From the NCBI GenBank assembly GCA_003344405.1, contig NOWV01000155.1, positions 1-64,000 on the forward strand: 64,000 bases of DNA, read 5' to 3'. The notes under the pieces were generated by a model. The model was not told the origin of the DNA and did no database searches. It saw nothing but the letters and a program-made list of their open reading frames with translations. Position 1 is the stretch's first letter, and every line of letters starts with the position of its first letter. This document shows, piece after piece, positions 41,413 to 57,290 of this stretch. Origin of the DNA: Trichoplax sp. H2 (lineage: Eukaryota). The position numbers were made by a program, and so were the translations under genes.

Positions 41413-44400
41413 GTAACAAATTAATTGACATGGAATGATTAGAAAGCAAAATTGGATATCCGAAAATCGATACTGCTAATCTCTGCAATCTAAAAATTAC
41501 TCATTTCAAGTCTATTTTTCCCCTATACCAAGCAATGATTCGTTTTAGATAAATTAATCGCTTGTATAATAGGTTTTGCAAAGAAGAAATAAGCGTAAAA
41601 TGCGACTGGCTTACGATAAAACTTAACAAAACATAAAGCTACTACTTTTAACAACGTCAATATAAGAATAAATCAACGATTTTGGATAAGAATATAACTA
41701 GTAACATTAGATCCTAATTCAGAAATTATTATAGTATCAAAGAGTTGGTTGACGATTAACCTGAAGTAATAGAAGGCTTACATTTTTAATTGTATAAATG
41801 CCGAAGGAAACTAGTAGATTTGTATCATTTCACACGCAATAAGAACAGATATTGTTATTATAGCCCCTCTCTTTTAAACGAAATTGGTCAAATTTTCGAA
41901 AAAAGACAGCGTCAATATGTTAAATTAATTCCAACTCTACATGGAATACCACTACCACTAGGCAGCATCCGATCTTTGCTAAATGAAAAGAAAAATTTTG
42001 AAAGGTTACGATCCTGCCAAACTTATTTCTCTCTATTCCCAAACTGTTGAATGGAGACTAGGATAGCTGTTAAGTAAACTTAAAACAGCCTACTATCCAT
42101 CTTGGGATTAAAATTGATGACGAAAGCGATAGTAGAAAAGAAAATAAGATACCTAATCGACACGATAGTGACGATTACAACTAAAGTGTAGGTAATAATG
42201 TAGCACTAGACGGTGAAAAAACTTGGCAATGTCTATCTTCCCCAATAGAAAACTTTGCGATACCTATCTTCTCTACTAGAACTGAAGACAAACAAATGTC
42301 TGAAAGCAAAGTTACTTTCTCGTATCAGTTATATTAAGAAGGCGGCGCTGACAAGAATAAAAGAATATTTAATTTCCAACCTGATCTATACACGCTATCT
42401 TCAAGTGGTACTAACCCAAGCCTCATGTGGCCATGTTTTTGGCCCATCTTAATTAATTATACAAACTAACATGACATTGGGCGGTCACTAAAGTAAATTA
42501 TGGCTTTTATAGGCTTACAGTCAATCATCAATCTCTTGGAATGTCACAAAGACAGCCAATAAGGAACACGCATAACAAATAAATTAAGAAAATATTTTAC
42601 ATCAATTTACAATATCATCATCTTATGAGGTTGATAAATGACGACAAATATAGATTTAAACTGGGTGATACTAGATATATTTAATTGAATCATTTCAATT
42701 TATCCATTCTGCATCCATTGCGTGCTATATTGATTACGGTGCCTGGTTAATATTGGTTAATGGTCTATGAGCTCCTAAGTAATTTCCTTTACTCTATCTC
42801 GGCAATCATTAGTAAAATAAATTACAACAAAAAGAATGACTATCTATTATAATGATTCTTGTAATATATTGACTTATAAAATGTTGACAATATTGACCTA
42901 AATTAATGCCATTGACGAATGCTATTTGTTTCAATATTAATGTATCATTTTCCATCGATTAGTAAAAGTTGATTAATCAGGTAAAGATGGACACGCTAGA
43001 ATAAATCTGTTAATTTCCATCATAACCCACCCCACTAGCCAATAAATCAGCATCATCTCCATAAATAATTGAAAATGACAGAATATACCGTAATTTCATT
43101 AAGCTATAAAAAAATTTAAAATGCCTTTACAATCAATTCAAATCTAGTCAAGATTTTTTCATACATAGTATTTTAACTTTACTATAAAAATAGGATCTGA
43201 TCATGATGGATTCTCCCCTAACCATCTTCTATGGCAATAACGTGATGTCCAATTCATGTTATTGCTATTATCTACTCTAGATATGCAGGACCCGTGTAGT
43301 AAGGTTAATAAAAAATAGATTCATTATATAATCTCGTAGAAAAAAATCACTAACAAAATCTAAATACAAGCATGGCTTAATGTTAGATTTAGGGTCGGAT
43401 GAAATTGAAAATATCAAATGGCTATTGAATTAAAATAAAGCAATTCTATATTCTCCATGCAATATCATTTTCAAGGATAACGGTAGAGATAAGGCTTAAG
43501 TATTTTCGGTCTTTAATGTTAGAAGGAGTTTAATCAATCAGAAACAGTTGTAATCCGGATTTATTTCTTGGTAACGTACTGTACAGATCTGATCTATTTA
43601 ATATAATACTTGTATCGGAAAAGTTTAAAATCGATAGAAGCGATTCTAAACTAGAAGGATCATTGTTGCTATCAATTATAGCGCCCCCTATTACTTGTTT
43701 TTCCGTGAATGTTAATAAAATGTAAAATCAATCAACAGCATAATGATGAACAAGAATAATCATTGTTTAACGAACATGATGCAGTTTGTAGATATTGCTC
43801 TTTTTCGTATTATTAGAACGGAAAATATTGGAAACTCCCTCTAATAACAGATCACTTCCGTAGTTTTCTTTCTTTAAGTTCGAAAAAGTAGGATGCTTGA
43901 TTAGTAACTTCCGATCTATAAGGTAATATGATCGTAGATAATTTTTCGTATGTATTTATGTTTTACAAGTGTTACTAAAATTCTATTGGAGTTAACAAGC
44001 TCTAAAGTTATACAAGCATCCTTAAATGAAATAGTAAAAGCAATGGACAAAGATCTGCAAAAGCCATATTTAGTTTAATAGTAGACTGATAGGGTATAGA
44101 TTCCCTAAGTTAGCAAGCAGTAGAATACTATGGTTTGAATAAGGATAATGTGTACATTGCATAGACGTGTAATCGATATTTATTTGGTAACTCTGTCCGT
44201 ATTGCTAAATTCTTACTTAACTAAGCAAACGGTATTTTAATTTCCTATTTTAATAAGGATGATACGGATCAAAATATTCGGATACTGCATAAGAGAAACT
44301 TTATAATCCTATTTCTAAACTAGCTTAATAATAATTTGAGTAATAAGAGTAATATTAGGACGCCGTGAAAGATTAGCAATAGTAAGCAAATTAAGATTAT

Positions 44401-47400
44401 TTCAATCTTTCTACTATATTTGTATGGTGTGGCCAAACAGTGAATGTCAACATCATGGCTTGTTAAAACTCTTGGGCTAACAATAAGCAAAGCTTGCGTT
44501 TAATACAATATTCATTTTTTTACTAAATAAATGATAATAAATTATCAATCAGCTAAGCAATTAAACGGTATGCGACATAAATCAGTAATCACTTGTCTCA
44601 TTTAGAACGTAGTAATGAGAATATGCATACGTTAGATTAAAAATAGATTATTAGATATATAGATGAGAATTGATCGCTTTAACGCTTATTAGTATAATAC
44701 AGTTATGCTTTCATAGGGCACAAACATATCGAAAGGCTAGATTAATCGCTCACAAATACAGCGGACAAAAGATAAAAATTATTTCATCGTTTGTGATAGC
44801 AAATGATGAGGGGTAGCATACATTAACCTGAAAGTTCAAAATTAATAATTCAGTTTTTACCAAATAGAATTCTTCAATGCAAGGGATTAATAGAAAATAA
44901 TACAAACGACGATGACTAATATGAACAGATTACTTATAAATAAATTTGATAATACGCTCAACACAGATGGAGATTATACTCAATATCTTAGTTCAGCAAC
45001 TTCAGGAATACTGGACATCATCGCTATGTAGATAGCAGAAATAATTTTTTGTCTACTATTTTAAGTTAGTCCTATAATCAATAGGAACTAATTTACCCTT
45101 CAGTTAGGAGTGCACGCTTGTCTGTGTTTATTTGTAGAGAAAGAGAATTTTAATGGTAGTCTGTTGATATTGTTCATGCAGAGCTTGATAACTTCTATTT
45201 CATCTGCTTTTTAGAGGGACAATTTTTAAACGAAAACAAGAACAACCATCCAAATAAAATAATACAAAATGGATCACTCTCAATTTATGCAAGTGTTACT
45301 AAAGCAATATACTGGTGATTTATTCATCCAAAATCATCATTATTAACTAGGTTTTTTAGGCTGGGAAAATGTTAACTTAGCATGAATAATTAGTTATGCG
45401 TGTAAAAAAAATTCGATGATCAGTTGATTAGCCTGTGAATCGAATGTATAATAAGTGTTCCATATTCACAATACTATTTTTACAGTAGCTCTTGAGCTTA
45501 AAGTTAAGGAAGAATCTAGTAGGCAAATGGCCAGACATGCAATTTTATTTTAAAATACATGAAATATGACACTATTTACTATAAGATTAAATTGGGGAAT
45601 AGCACTCAGGGCAGATGGTCGTACTATCGATCAATAGAATCAAAATTTATTTGTGTTATGTAAATTAAATAGAAATCATATCCATTTTTAGCAAGCAAGT
45701 ATCTTAAATATTAGCGGCAGAAAGTGATAATTTTTTAAATGCTTGAAGGTTAGCATACCTGAAATGCCCTGGGATCAATCTCCTACTTTTTCAATCCGCA
45801 ATCACTTTTGATTGAATGAAATCCAAATTGTTAGATTTAGATATTGCTTTTTATCAAGATTGAAAATTATGGCATCGATGAAACTTGATTACGTTATTAT
45901 CATATGATCGATGAAATGATAGAATGAAGAAAAATAAGAAGTGATATAAGCTATCAAATAGTAAAATAGTTTTAAAGCTTGCCTTAAGATTTAAAAACAC
46001 AATTATATTTCCCGAACTTGTTTACAACTTGACAGCATTAAAATTAATACATAATAAAAATGATAAATTATCTATTATTCCATATGCTGAATGGCAGAAA
46101 GAAAGCTTACAAACATTGTTCCTTTTGTTTCATTACACCATGTATAAGTCCGTATTATTGTCATACTTATTACTTATTCAAATAGTAAAAGATACCTTGG
46201 GATTGTATCGAACGTTGTAAATTGGATAACTCGATAATGCAATTTATTAAATGAATAATCTATATATAGCTCATGATAGAGTAGCGATCTAGAATATGTA
46301 GGGTCATAGTTTAGCTACCCACTTAGATATTAAAAGTCGTCGGAATATTTCCTGTCAATAGAGCCATTAGATAAGATGAGCAATGTAAATTACATTGCTT
46401 AGAAAGATGGCAAGAACAGAAATTAAGTTCAGTTACTGATGATTAAATTGATACATCAGATTGATTACTGCCGATGCCAAGATATATTTTTGAATTTCTA
46501 AAAATGAATTTAGTAGACAAATTTTAAAAATAGGTAATCAACAATGTAGTTTTAGTATCTAGATGAAATGTGCAATAGCTTAGTAAGGGTTGTGGCATTT
46601 CTCAAAAATACAATCTTTATGGATTCTTAATGATTGCAACAATTATATGACGGATCAATAGCATAGATTATGTCGATAACTCGTATCTCGTAAATATAAT
46701 CTATTCCTCCTTATTACTCTCCCCTACCTGGAATCAAAATAGTATTTCATTTCTGAAATCATTCGTCATATGTAATATTGTGATGATGTTTACTTGTATA
46801 GGCCTCTACAGGACTAATTAGCACCAATCATAATGATAAAATATTGGTATTTTATCTAGGGAAATGAGTCGCTTTTTCATTTTTCCACGGTTTAAATGAT
46901 GAGTCAGTAAAAGCTAGATCAGAATGCCAGGTGATCAATAGAATAGGAAATATACCAAGCCATTTCCATTTTTAAACAAATTATAATAAAAATGAGATAA
47001 GATATCCCAGTTTTATTGTTTTGCCACTGTAGTTAACTTGATCGCTATACAAGATAATGAAATATTCCGTAGCAAGCAATGACGAAAAAACTAATAGAAT
47101 ATTTTCTCACTGTCTGATCACAATAAATAGAATCATAATTCATTTGAAAATATAGAAGATCAACACCATTTAAAGCTAACTCATCCAAATTAATTATCAA
47201 AATGATACTAGGTAGGAAAAAATGACTAGTTGACGTCATGATAGTAGAGACATGGTCAAGATGTAAAAACAAGTGCACAGATACTATAGAATATCAATAA
47301 TATAACCAGTGTCAATAGAATTGGATAAAGCTTATATCTCTCCTACTGCTGTTCTCGTTATAAATAAATAATACAAATTAATGATTTCGAACAATAACAC

Positions 47401-50400
47401 TCATTACCCAAAATAGCAAAATCAATCATCCTTAATCATATATTGCTTTTAAAATTAGCTAGACATAACGGAACAGATCTATTTGAAATTTTTAATTAAC
47501 GATTATTGTAAAAGAAAATATCTAGCAGTCACAAAGCACCGGCAGTAACACATTGCAACGATCACCAGGAATTTTACATAGCTAAATTAACGCTAATGAA
47601 CAGAACCTCCTTTTACCGGTGTCATAGGAACGTTTTTTTGTTATTGTTACCATTAGAAGGGATAGAAATGATATTTTTTGTTTTTTGCTACTAAGGAGAC
47701 AAAGGAATCCTATAGCCTCCTATATTGCCCTGTAATGGCGCCAGTCATAGAAAAATGAAGATAATTCACATATCTTGGTACTCCTAGCAAGGTTGAAAAA
47801 GTTCTTGTGTAAGAGTTTGATAAATTTATTCAGATTCCTTCATCATTTTCACTAAAAATTATTGCTTATCCTTTACTTTTTTATTCTATGCATCTATTTT
47901 CTCATGCCTTTACCTTGTTATGCCTATTAATTGTAAACTTACGTGATTAATTATAGAGCTAAATTGGAAATATTAGGGTCATAGTTTGAAACTGACGCTT
48001 TCCCCTTTAATTTTGAACTCATTCTGTGCTATTCTCTATTCGTATTAAAACACGGTAAAAAATACTTCTTCATTCAACTTTCTCTATTTTCAGTCAATTA
48101 AAATCTCAAATGCCTATTGTAACAATCATTTCTTATGAGCCACCTCATCAACAGTACCACCAGAACAATTTTTAAAAATAGTTTGGTTCATGGCACCATT
48201 ATCACATATGCTTCTATTTCTCAATACCTTTATTCTTACTTTGTTTTGAATAATAATAATTAATCTCATTTTAATCGAACAAGCTGCAATATTAGATGGA
48301 TTTCAGTCTTGATCCTTAATTGTTTGCTTGAATATATTAGCTCAATAATCATATCCCATTTATAATCTATGCTAAGGTGCACTATACTAACAAACGTATC
48401 CTGATTTAAGCTTAAGCTATATTAATGGGAAAACAAAACCTTTTCATGAACTATACAATTTAGATTATAAAATTGATTTTTTATTCAAGTGGCCATTTTA
48501 ATCAGCTACATAAATGAATATTCTGCTATTGTTATATGCGTGATATACTGTACATACAGTTCCGTATTGACTCATTATCAGAAATAATCATTTTATAAAC
48601 TCTAACCCATATATGACTAACATTAATACAAACGATTTACAATAGATTTGGCCAATTATGCGCGTTACAAGGAAAGTGAATTTAGATAGATATACCCGTA
48701 TATGCCGTATCATCTTAGATAATACTGCATCACACTGTCGATCTTGAAAAATATCTATTTCTATTTCCATTAATAAATTGATATAGCAATCCATAGATTT
48801 GTATCCCATCTAAGCAAAAATTTATATTTCTAGCGACGACATACTCTACCGGAATATCGATTAAGACTGTTAAAATTTCAAGTTTTGTAATACTTATTGA
48901 GTTTATGAAACCTAATTTACTGTCTCATATATTAATAAATTACCAAATTAAATACTTCTAGCCCGTTTAACGTTTTCTTACGCTAGTACTAACAACAATA
49001 TTGTGAGGAAGAAAAGGGAATAATTGAATACGTAAATACTTTTGTAGCAGATTTCTCAGAGTAATTTCCATTAATTCATCTCATTTTATTCGCTCTAATT
49101 ACGTAAATTTTCAATTAAACAACTTTCACTTAGCTCTAACTACCGATAAATAATAATAAAATAGATTATAATTATGTATGCATATTTCTTTGCTACTAGA
49201 TGTTAAAATAATCATTGCAAGCCTGCTTCATAGTGTTAGACCAAATATGTTCCACTCATTTCAGATTGTTTTTAAAGTACCACCCCAGCTGTTTGATTAT
49301 ATTGTTTAATGAATCTATTTCAGGATTTATATTATCTACTGATAAGTAAGAGCATCGCACCGTACTATTGTCATCTTAATTCTGAGTTATTTTCATTTCT
49401 CCTCCAACCATTGAAGTATAATTAATATTATCTACTGTTACCGAAATCATAATGCTCCGAATATGTCGTGGGCTAACAATATTGTAGGACGAAAATATCT
49501 TCTGAATTTCGATCACATAATTATCATCTAGATCTAGCCTGTATTGAGACTTTCGAGCCAAAGTGACACAAGGTGAAAGAAAGAAGCCCGCTACATAAGT
49601 ATTAAGTATGCGTGCCCATTAAAAATCAATAGCACTTTCATATCGTCACACAATTAAAAATTAAATATGCTTTAAATGTTTTCGCACTAAAAGTACAGGT
49701 GTTGCACTTTCTTTGCATTCTAAAACGAAATTTAAAAAAAATAGAATCATTTACATTCCGAACTATAATTATCATATTATTTCTATTATTATTTACTTAT
49801 AGTACCGTAACATATTTTTTAAAGGTTAAAGTAACTCAAGACGAATTAAACAGTAAATAAAAACCTCTATTTATACTGGACAAAAGTTTACCCAATTTAT
49901 GCTCTTTGAACTAATGTATCCCATCTGGTCAATATCGTTGACGAAAAGCGAAGTCATAGAAAAAACTGATACAATAGTATATTATAGCTCTAGTAATGGT
50001 AGGTGGTGAGAATGATCACAGTAACTCAAAATCTATCAATTCCATAATCTAAAAATGACAGTACTAGTTAGATTGACTTTAATAATATATTTATTCCATA
50101 ATCATTGCATTCGATAAATTTTAAACTATATTTAGGCTAAATAAAATGAGACAATACTGTAGTACTGTACAATTCAATGCTTCGTTACATTTGATAATGT
50201 ACGGTAGCTACCGATTTTAAAGATAGATTCCAAAATACAATAAGAAAGCTTGCACCTTACAACTAGAAGAATTGCATTAATGATAAAACTGAATAACAGA
50301 CCGTACAAGGGATTATTCATACCTACAGCCATTGTAAATATATATATATATATAGCATTTACAATTTAATCTGCGACTAGTCCTATAGACACAATATCAT

Positions 50401-53400
50401 AATAATGTTCTATAATTTTTCTATCTTTAATTAATGTCTGAATAATATTCTAAAATATTGAGATTCGATGATAAAGTATAATATTACTTAGGAGACAAGA
50501 AGAGGTGAAACTCTATTGAATTAAGTCATTCAAATAATTCTTGACATTCTTGTGTGTAAAAGCGAAGCAAATATTTATCAAGGTGAAATACTAACTTAGA
50601 AATTCGACAGTAACTAGATATTAAAGAATGAAATAAAATACTCGACGATCTATACTCTCTCCTAATAAACAGAATTATGTCATATTATTATCGTGAATCA
50701 AGAAAGGTACATTTTTTACTTGCATGAACATTCATGCAATATCAAGATAGGCTAGAGGGTTATAATGTAAAAATAAAAACCAAAGAAAAATTAGGGTGCC
50801 TCCTAACACTTGCTTTAAGTAATAACTAAGTGTTAGGATTCGAACTACCCCAAAGAATGGATGACTAAATTCGCTGAATTGAGCATTTTACTATGTTGAT
50901 TATAATTAAGTATTGAAAGTAGGAAGGAATCATTATGGTTATAACCAAATATATATTGCGCTGTACTGGTAATAGGAACTCTCACATGGTATGATCCCTT
51001 ATGATTGGAATTCAGACTGATACAAGATTATAGAATATAATATAAATGATTCTGTAACTGGTCATACTGTTGTCCGACTATCCAGAATTAACCGGTAAAT
51101 ATCTATATCGATAAACGTTATTCCATTAATTTGGCTATCGTATAAAATTAGTCTTAAGAAAATTAACATGAATCATCTAGGTTATAACTTATAGCTACTG
51201 CCAAGAAGTATAGAATCTCGGCATATCATTGAATAAATCAGTTCTCTAGCTTTACAACTTAAAAGCAAAGGCATCTAATTTCCCGCATTATTATAAGTGA
51301 TAGTGGTTTCCTAATACCTTGAAAACTCTAAAATTTGCTTTACGTAGCCCTTGTTAAGAAACTGGTTCGAAATATCGAGTCATCAGAATACCACATTTAC
51401 TCTACTGTTATATATTCAAAATATATATAAGTACGTGTACGAAAACTTTGAATACTAAACTATGGTATAAATAAATATCATAAGAAGCTCACTATATAAA
51501 TTGACTTTGAAAGAAGTAACCATATTACTTCCAGACAAAGAATAAAGTTGCTAGTAAAAGTCAATCGGCAAATCAACGAAATAATAAATTTTTTTACTAG
51601 CTATTATTATTTTAGTGGGTTAATATTCTCAGATATTTAAATTTTACCTATAGCTAGTATACGTGCATTAATAGGATAATATATGGTAGAAGATCTAATA
51701 GCAAAGAATAGTATGACCTACTATAGATTCAGCCTTATTATCATATTGTTCTTGACATTTTAATTACGTACAGAATAACACATTCCTAACGTGTGGTATA
51801 CAACCAGTTAACTAACAGCTTTCTTTGCATATTTGCATCTTAAATAGCTTTCGCACACACCTTCATGCTTTGCTATTTAATAGTGTAGATAGATATTACT
51901 TATATAGCTGAGATCTGATAGAATAAAAATGCTAAAAGTATACGAGTCTTATTGAAACTAAGATGTTGTTGCTGTGTTTAACTTATCAAAAGTTCATTCT
52001 TGCTATAATATTGAGTAATAGCAGTAAATTATCGCATTCTATCAAGATAATATATAATTCTTTTGAAGGCTTAAATGCTAAATAGCTTTAAGACAAGGTT
52101 TCTATTGGCGTACATAAGGTAGAGCACTGATAACAATTTGATAAGATCTCTATCACATAATATTATTTTCATGCCGTCAATTCTATTAGCTCGTGTGATC
52201 ATCACCGTTAGATAGCAAACTCGGTTTAAGCAATAGAAACAAGATTACTCGTAATGTGTCATCCATCTTATCTAAACCAATATTGCGCGTATTACATATG
52301 TTAAAAGGAAAGATAGCAGTCGAGCATAGATATAACTAATCGAGATGATACCCTTCCAGGATCCGAGGTTTTGTTATTAGAAGGTTATATAGTCCCTTAT
52401 CAAATTTTAGATAAAGACTTTTGCTATAAATGATTAATATACTGCCCTTGAAGTAGAAGTTGTGCGAAAGCAATCTTCGTGACGTGTACTTCATTTCTAT
52501 GTTACGTTCAATAAATATTTATATCTTAGAAATTATTTACTGCCTCCTTAATTGTAACTTTAGTGGTTAACGGCTGATACTAGGATTAGACTGCATCTAA
52601 TCTGCATAGATAGAATCTCTTTAGAGTATTAATTTGACTTATTTCTAATAGACGAGGTGACATGTGTAGATAAACCGGTTTTAGGTACCGAAACCTATGT
52701 AAGCGGTGAGTTCACCGATAATAGATTAGATTGTAATTTTCTAGTAAGTTTTGAAGGTCTCGCTGTGTTAACCCTATCTGCCTTGGAATACCAATTGACT
52801 GGTTTTCGAAATAACACTAGTACAAGATAGAAAATTACTCTCTCAATCCCAGTTACAAGATAGGGCTATTCCTAGCTTGTAACAAAGTATTTCAATTAAA
52901 GTCGGTAAAAGTCTGTGCCGTTAGATAAAAAGTCTCGATATAGTTGAAAGAAGTGCATGCTCTTTACATCATTTCTACTACATGGTAAGTTAAGATAAGT
53001 TTAATATAAATTAATTGTCCTTTATATGCATAAGCTCTATAGGCCATATAGACTCTTGCACTCTGCTTGCACTACATAGTGTTTCAAAAGTCCTGACAAA
53101 ATTCTCTCTCATCTAACAATAGCCATCAATATTTGTCGAATAAAGTTAGCGTAATATAGGACTTGCTCTGAATCAAACACCACGTTATCATCGTTATTAC
53201 TGAAATACCACATATATGCAATACAGATTTGCTCAATATATTGTAGAATTATTACAGCTGTAATAATAGCTATTAAAGAGATTAGCAAAATGAATATCCG
53301 TGTGCATTTAAATTTATAGATATCATATATCTCAAGATATAGAAAAATATAGATAAATTTACTTTGCTATTTCTATACTGATATTAAACTACTCAAGACT

Positions 53401-56400
53401 TACCTTCGAGCGATGAGCTTGTTCGTAAATGTAACTACTTCTTTAATCCAGTGGCTCGGGATAAGGAATTAAAATTAAGTTTAGGCGATAGATCTTACTT
53501 AGCAAGTCAAACGAATATTTGCTTACTCCACGCTATCTGTAGACACTAATTGAATAGTGATTCTAGTTCTTGTGGTAGTTAATAACTTCAATTTCACAAC
53601 GAACGAAAACAAATTATAAAGATTGTACTGTTAAGCAGAAATTAACTTCGTATCTTTTACAGCTGTCGGATGAATCGATAAAAAGGAAATCTTTTTTACT
53701 GGACTTGAGATAGCGTAACTTATTATATAGCCTAATTTATCTGATTCTATTCACTACAAGTGGGAAGTCAGCCAGCCATTTACCAACTTGTATTATTGTA
53801 ACCTTGCACTTAAATAATGAAGGACATCAATAATAAATGATTATCATGAGTGAAATAAATTTTTTTTAATATGAAATCATCTATTTGATAAAATCCCTTA
53901 TATAACATTAAGTAGACAAGTACCTTTGACATTGCGTTAACACGTTTTCGACTATTATTATATTTAGACAGCCATAGGAAGGCGAATTCTAGCATATTTG
54001 AATGGAATAGACAGTTTGGCAGATAATAAACAAAAAAATGAATTATTGATACTTTCAATTCCTCTTAACTCACATTATATAAATTTATGATTCATTATTA
54101 CGTCACGATATCAATTAATCATTCCGCTTTAGCGTAGAGTATAAATGCATCTATTTAGCTATAAATTTTAAGCTATAATTTATTTATTTAATTTTACTTA
54201 TTCATAGATAGCCTATAATTCTTGTTAATGATCTATAGCTGTATATTTCATTATATTCAGTTACCTTTAAGTATATCGATTGAATTATAATAATGTATGA
54301 AGGCATATAATCAATTAAGCTTTTTTAAAGCAATTCTTTCAATAATCAAATCAGCTTAAAATAGCCTCTATTAATATTAATCAACGAGTTCACTTATTTG
54401 AATGCGTAATTTGATTAAGCAACATGCAAATTCATTCCGATTTTTAATATGATTTTAATATTGATGAAGTTTCAACCACGCCATCAAGTAAATTAATTGG
54501 TTCAGTATTTAAATTTAATATAAAAATATGCAATAATTACATTACCATACCATTCTATAAACTAATGTATGTTAGTTTATTTAATTGTCTACATTTATTT
54601 AATTCAGCACCAGCAAGTTATTCATGTTTGACAATTGGCCAAAAAACTTGATGACGTTAAAAGATAACTGCGTGGGTATCTAAATAAAGTAAATTATTAT
54701 CATGAATTATCTGTCCTACTTCCATACACTTCTATCTTTCATGACTGCAATATCCTTCAGTAGGATATTTCAATTTTATCTATCGGTGTAGTATTTATTC
54801 TAAATAACAGAATTTTTAAATTATATATTTTACTTAGTATTTGATTGCATCAACTATAGACTAGCTACAAATTTCTTAAAAAAGGCTCTCTGTAAAATTA
54901 CTTTACTGTGTATGATAAATTTTCTAGTCCTTTATAAACATAAACTGAAAGTCCACGCCGTTTTGGTAAATATTATCTAGAACAACTTTAAGATTTATTT
55001 TTATTCTAAATAAAACTACGTAATCTTTTCTTGACGATTATGAAGTAAAACATTATCATTGTTAACAAGTTGAATAATATCAGGAGCACAATGCTACTAT
55101 TTAATTAAAAAAGAGCCTTTTTCAACACCAAAAAAATTGCATTTATGGTATTCAAGATTGCTATAATTTGATGATTCAAGTCTAATCTTGTTTTCTTTTT
55201 ACAATTTTTGAATGAATTTAAAGATGATGAAAAAAGAATTCTACCCTAATTTGTTTTCTATAATCATGTAAAATGGTCATGATTGAACCGTCGAATAATT
55301 TAATATAAATTTATGTAGCTGTTAGTTCCAAATCATTAGTAACTAATTCAAAGCGATATGTCTGGCTTTCAAATTCTAGTAACCGCTTACTGTACAATAT
55401 AAAGGAATTGAGCTTCTAAAAAGAAAAGAAATTAAAAATTTCAATTACAGAATTTAAATCATCCATGACTAAATTATATTAAAACTAATTCAACCTTATT
55501 TATTTAATTACTTTGGGGCTTTGCCGATCCTTCATAATAAGAAAAATTGATTACAATTACTTTAATCTGATACGGTAACTCTTGTGACTGACTACACTTA
55601 ATAATGTTACATTAGGATTATACTTTGTGATGGTTGATCAGCCATTTCTGTTTGATCGGGACAAACTATCATGACCAGCTGTTCCTAACCGTATATCTTA
55701 AATGATAAGCTAGGTTAAAATTGCCGTTAAGGAAGCTAATTGTATACAACTGTCTCCAGAATGAATTGGAAGGTCAACTTATTTCCTTATTCGTAGCAAC
55801 TTTTTATCCATGATGATAGGCAGGAGATATATGTCCGACTACCGCTCAGAAAATACCTACATCAATAATTAATTTTCGATTTAATATAGTAAATATTGCA
55901 AATAATTATTTTCTATTCAGTTTAACATCGATCTCATTATTCACAAGTACAATTCTAATCGAAATATCAATTTGACTGATTAACTCTTTAAAGTCGTAAG
56001 AAAATCAACTCATCTAGCAAGAACTAATTCTATCTCGTAGCTAGTCCGAAATAAAATTATAATTATGTTATTTATTATTTCATTTCTAGCAATTGACCTA
56101 ATACGATAAACTATCCGGGTACTTTTCAATCCTTTAAGAAGGTAATGATGGGTTTATCTAGCTAAAGGAGATAAAACTTGTGATTTAATAACTCTCTTTT
56201 GTTGTTGTTTATAACAAATTTAGGATTTTCTCCTAACTAGTTGATATCCAAAACGTTTGTGTATTTATTTTGCACAAGTCATTGACAGTGACAAATGAAA
56301 ATAGCTAAAACTAGTAGCTTTTTAATTATATATCTTTTCTTTTCTATTTCATAGAAAAAAAATTGGTACATCCTCTAATCGGATATTGAAGTAATTACGA

Positions 56401-56941
56401 TATATACCGGTAGTAGATATAACATTAATTCCCGTAATTATTGAAGAGAAATCATCTACACGGCAGCATATAGCAGCAAACAGCGGAAGAGAGTCCGATA
56501 TCCGAAATTTTGGACAGGATTATATGATTATTTAATGTAAAATAGAGATAATAATATTAAAGAATTTTATTATATAGCTTTCAATCTTTATGTTTTTAAT
56601 TTAACAAAAATACAGTGTATCCTATAATTTGGTGATGTATTCTGAATAGTCTGCTACCATAATGCAATTAGATACTAATTCATAAATCGTAAACAACCGA
56701 CAACTTGAATGTACATTCGATTACGCTTATTGATAACATCCATAAGTATACTTTACAAGTTAATTTGATAGAATGTAATGGCATATTCATATGTGTATTA
56801 CTATTATGAAATCTACGATTAGCTGATATATACTAAATGAATGCAATCTACATATGTTTACATGTAATAGTTTCTTAGAGTATCTATGCAAACATAATTA
56901 AAAACCTTAACTAGTTATTTGTTATTATCATACTTATTATT

Positions 56942-57290
56942 TAAGACAAACATATGAGTGTATCCTACATTTACTTGTATGTCATCCTCAATGAGTAGAT
57001 GAAAGAATATAATTTAATTAATAGCCACTTTAAGCTTGACAATCATCTTTTCTACATCTAACTTGTATATCATAAATTAATAATTAACTAGAAAATGAAA
57101 TTTTAAAAAAATCATCTTACTAAGACAAACATGCGAGAATGTCCTGTGTTTACTCTTACGTCACACTCATGGAGTAGATAAATGAACATAATTTAATTAA
57201 TAGCCTTTTTAAGTTTAACCATCACCATTTCTACATCTAAGATGCATGTCATAAGCGAACGATTAACCAACAGAATAAAATTTTGAATAA
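56942..57290 (+). repeat. Diverged tandem duplication, period 179 bp
   Basis: taagacaaacat at 56942 and 57121; gagtagat, ataatttaattaatagcc and tctacatctaa (57051/57230) recur at the same offset. Confidence 0.9.

Noticed and set aside
49376..49561. 61-aa minus-strand ORF
   Set aside because: Non-ATG start and no recognisable similarity; at most a non-coding GPCR leader exon, which cannot be supported from sequence.
50337..50353. (TA)n microsatellite (also ~4278-4291)
   Set aside because: Short and expected in AT-rich DNA.
52652..52830. Exon-like open segment (DEVTCVDKPVLGTETYVSGEFTDNRLDCNFL...) with a tag| acceptor and a GTAAGT donor
   Set aside because: No partner exons or recognisable domain found; compatible with chance.
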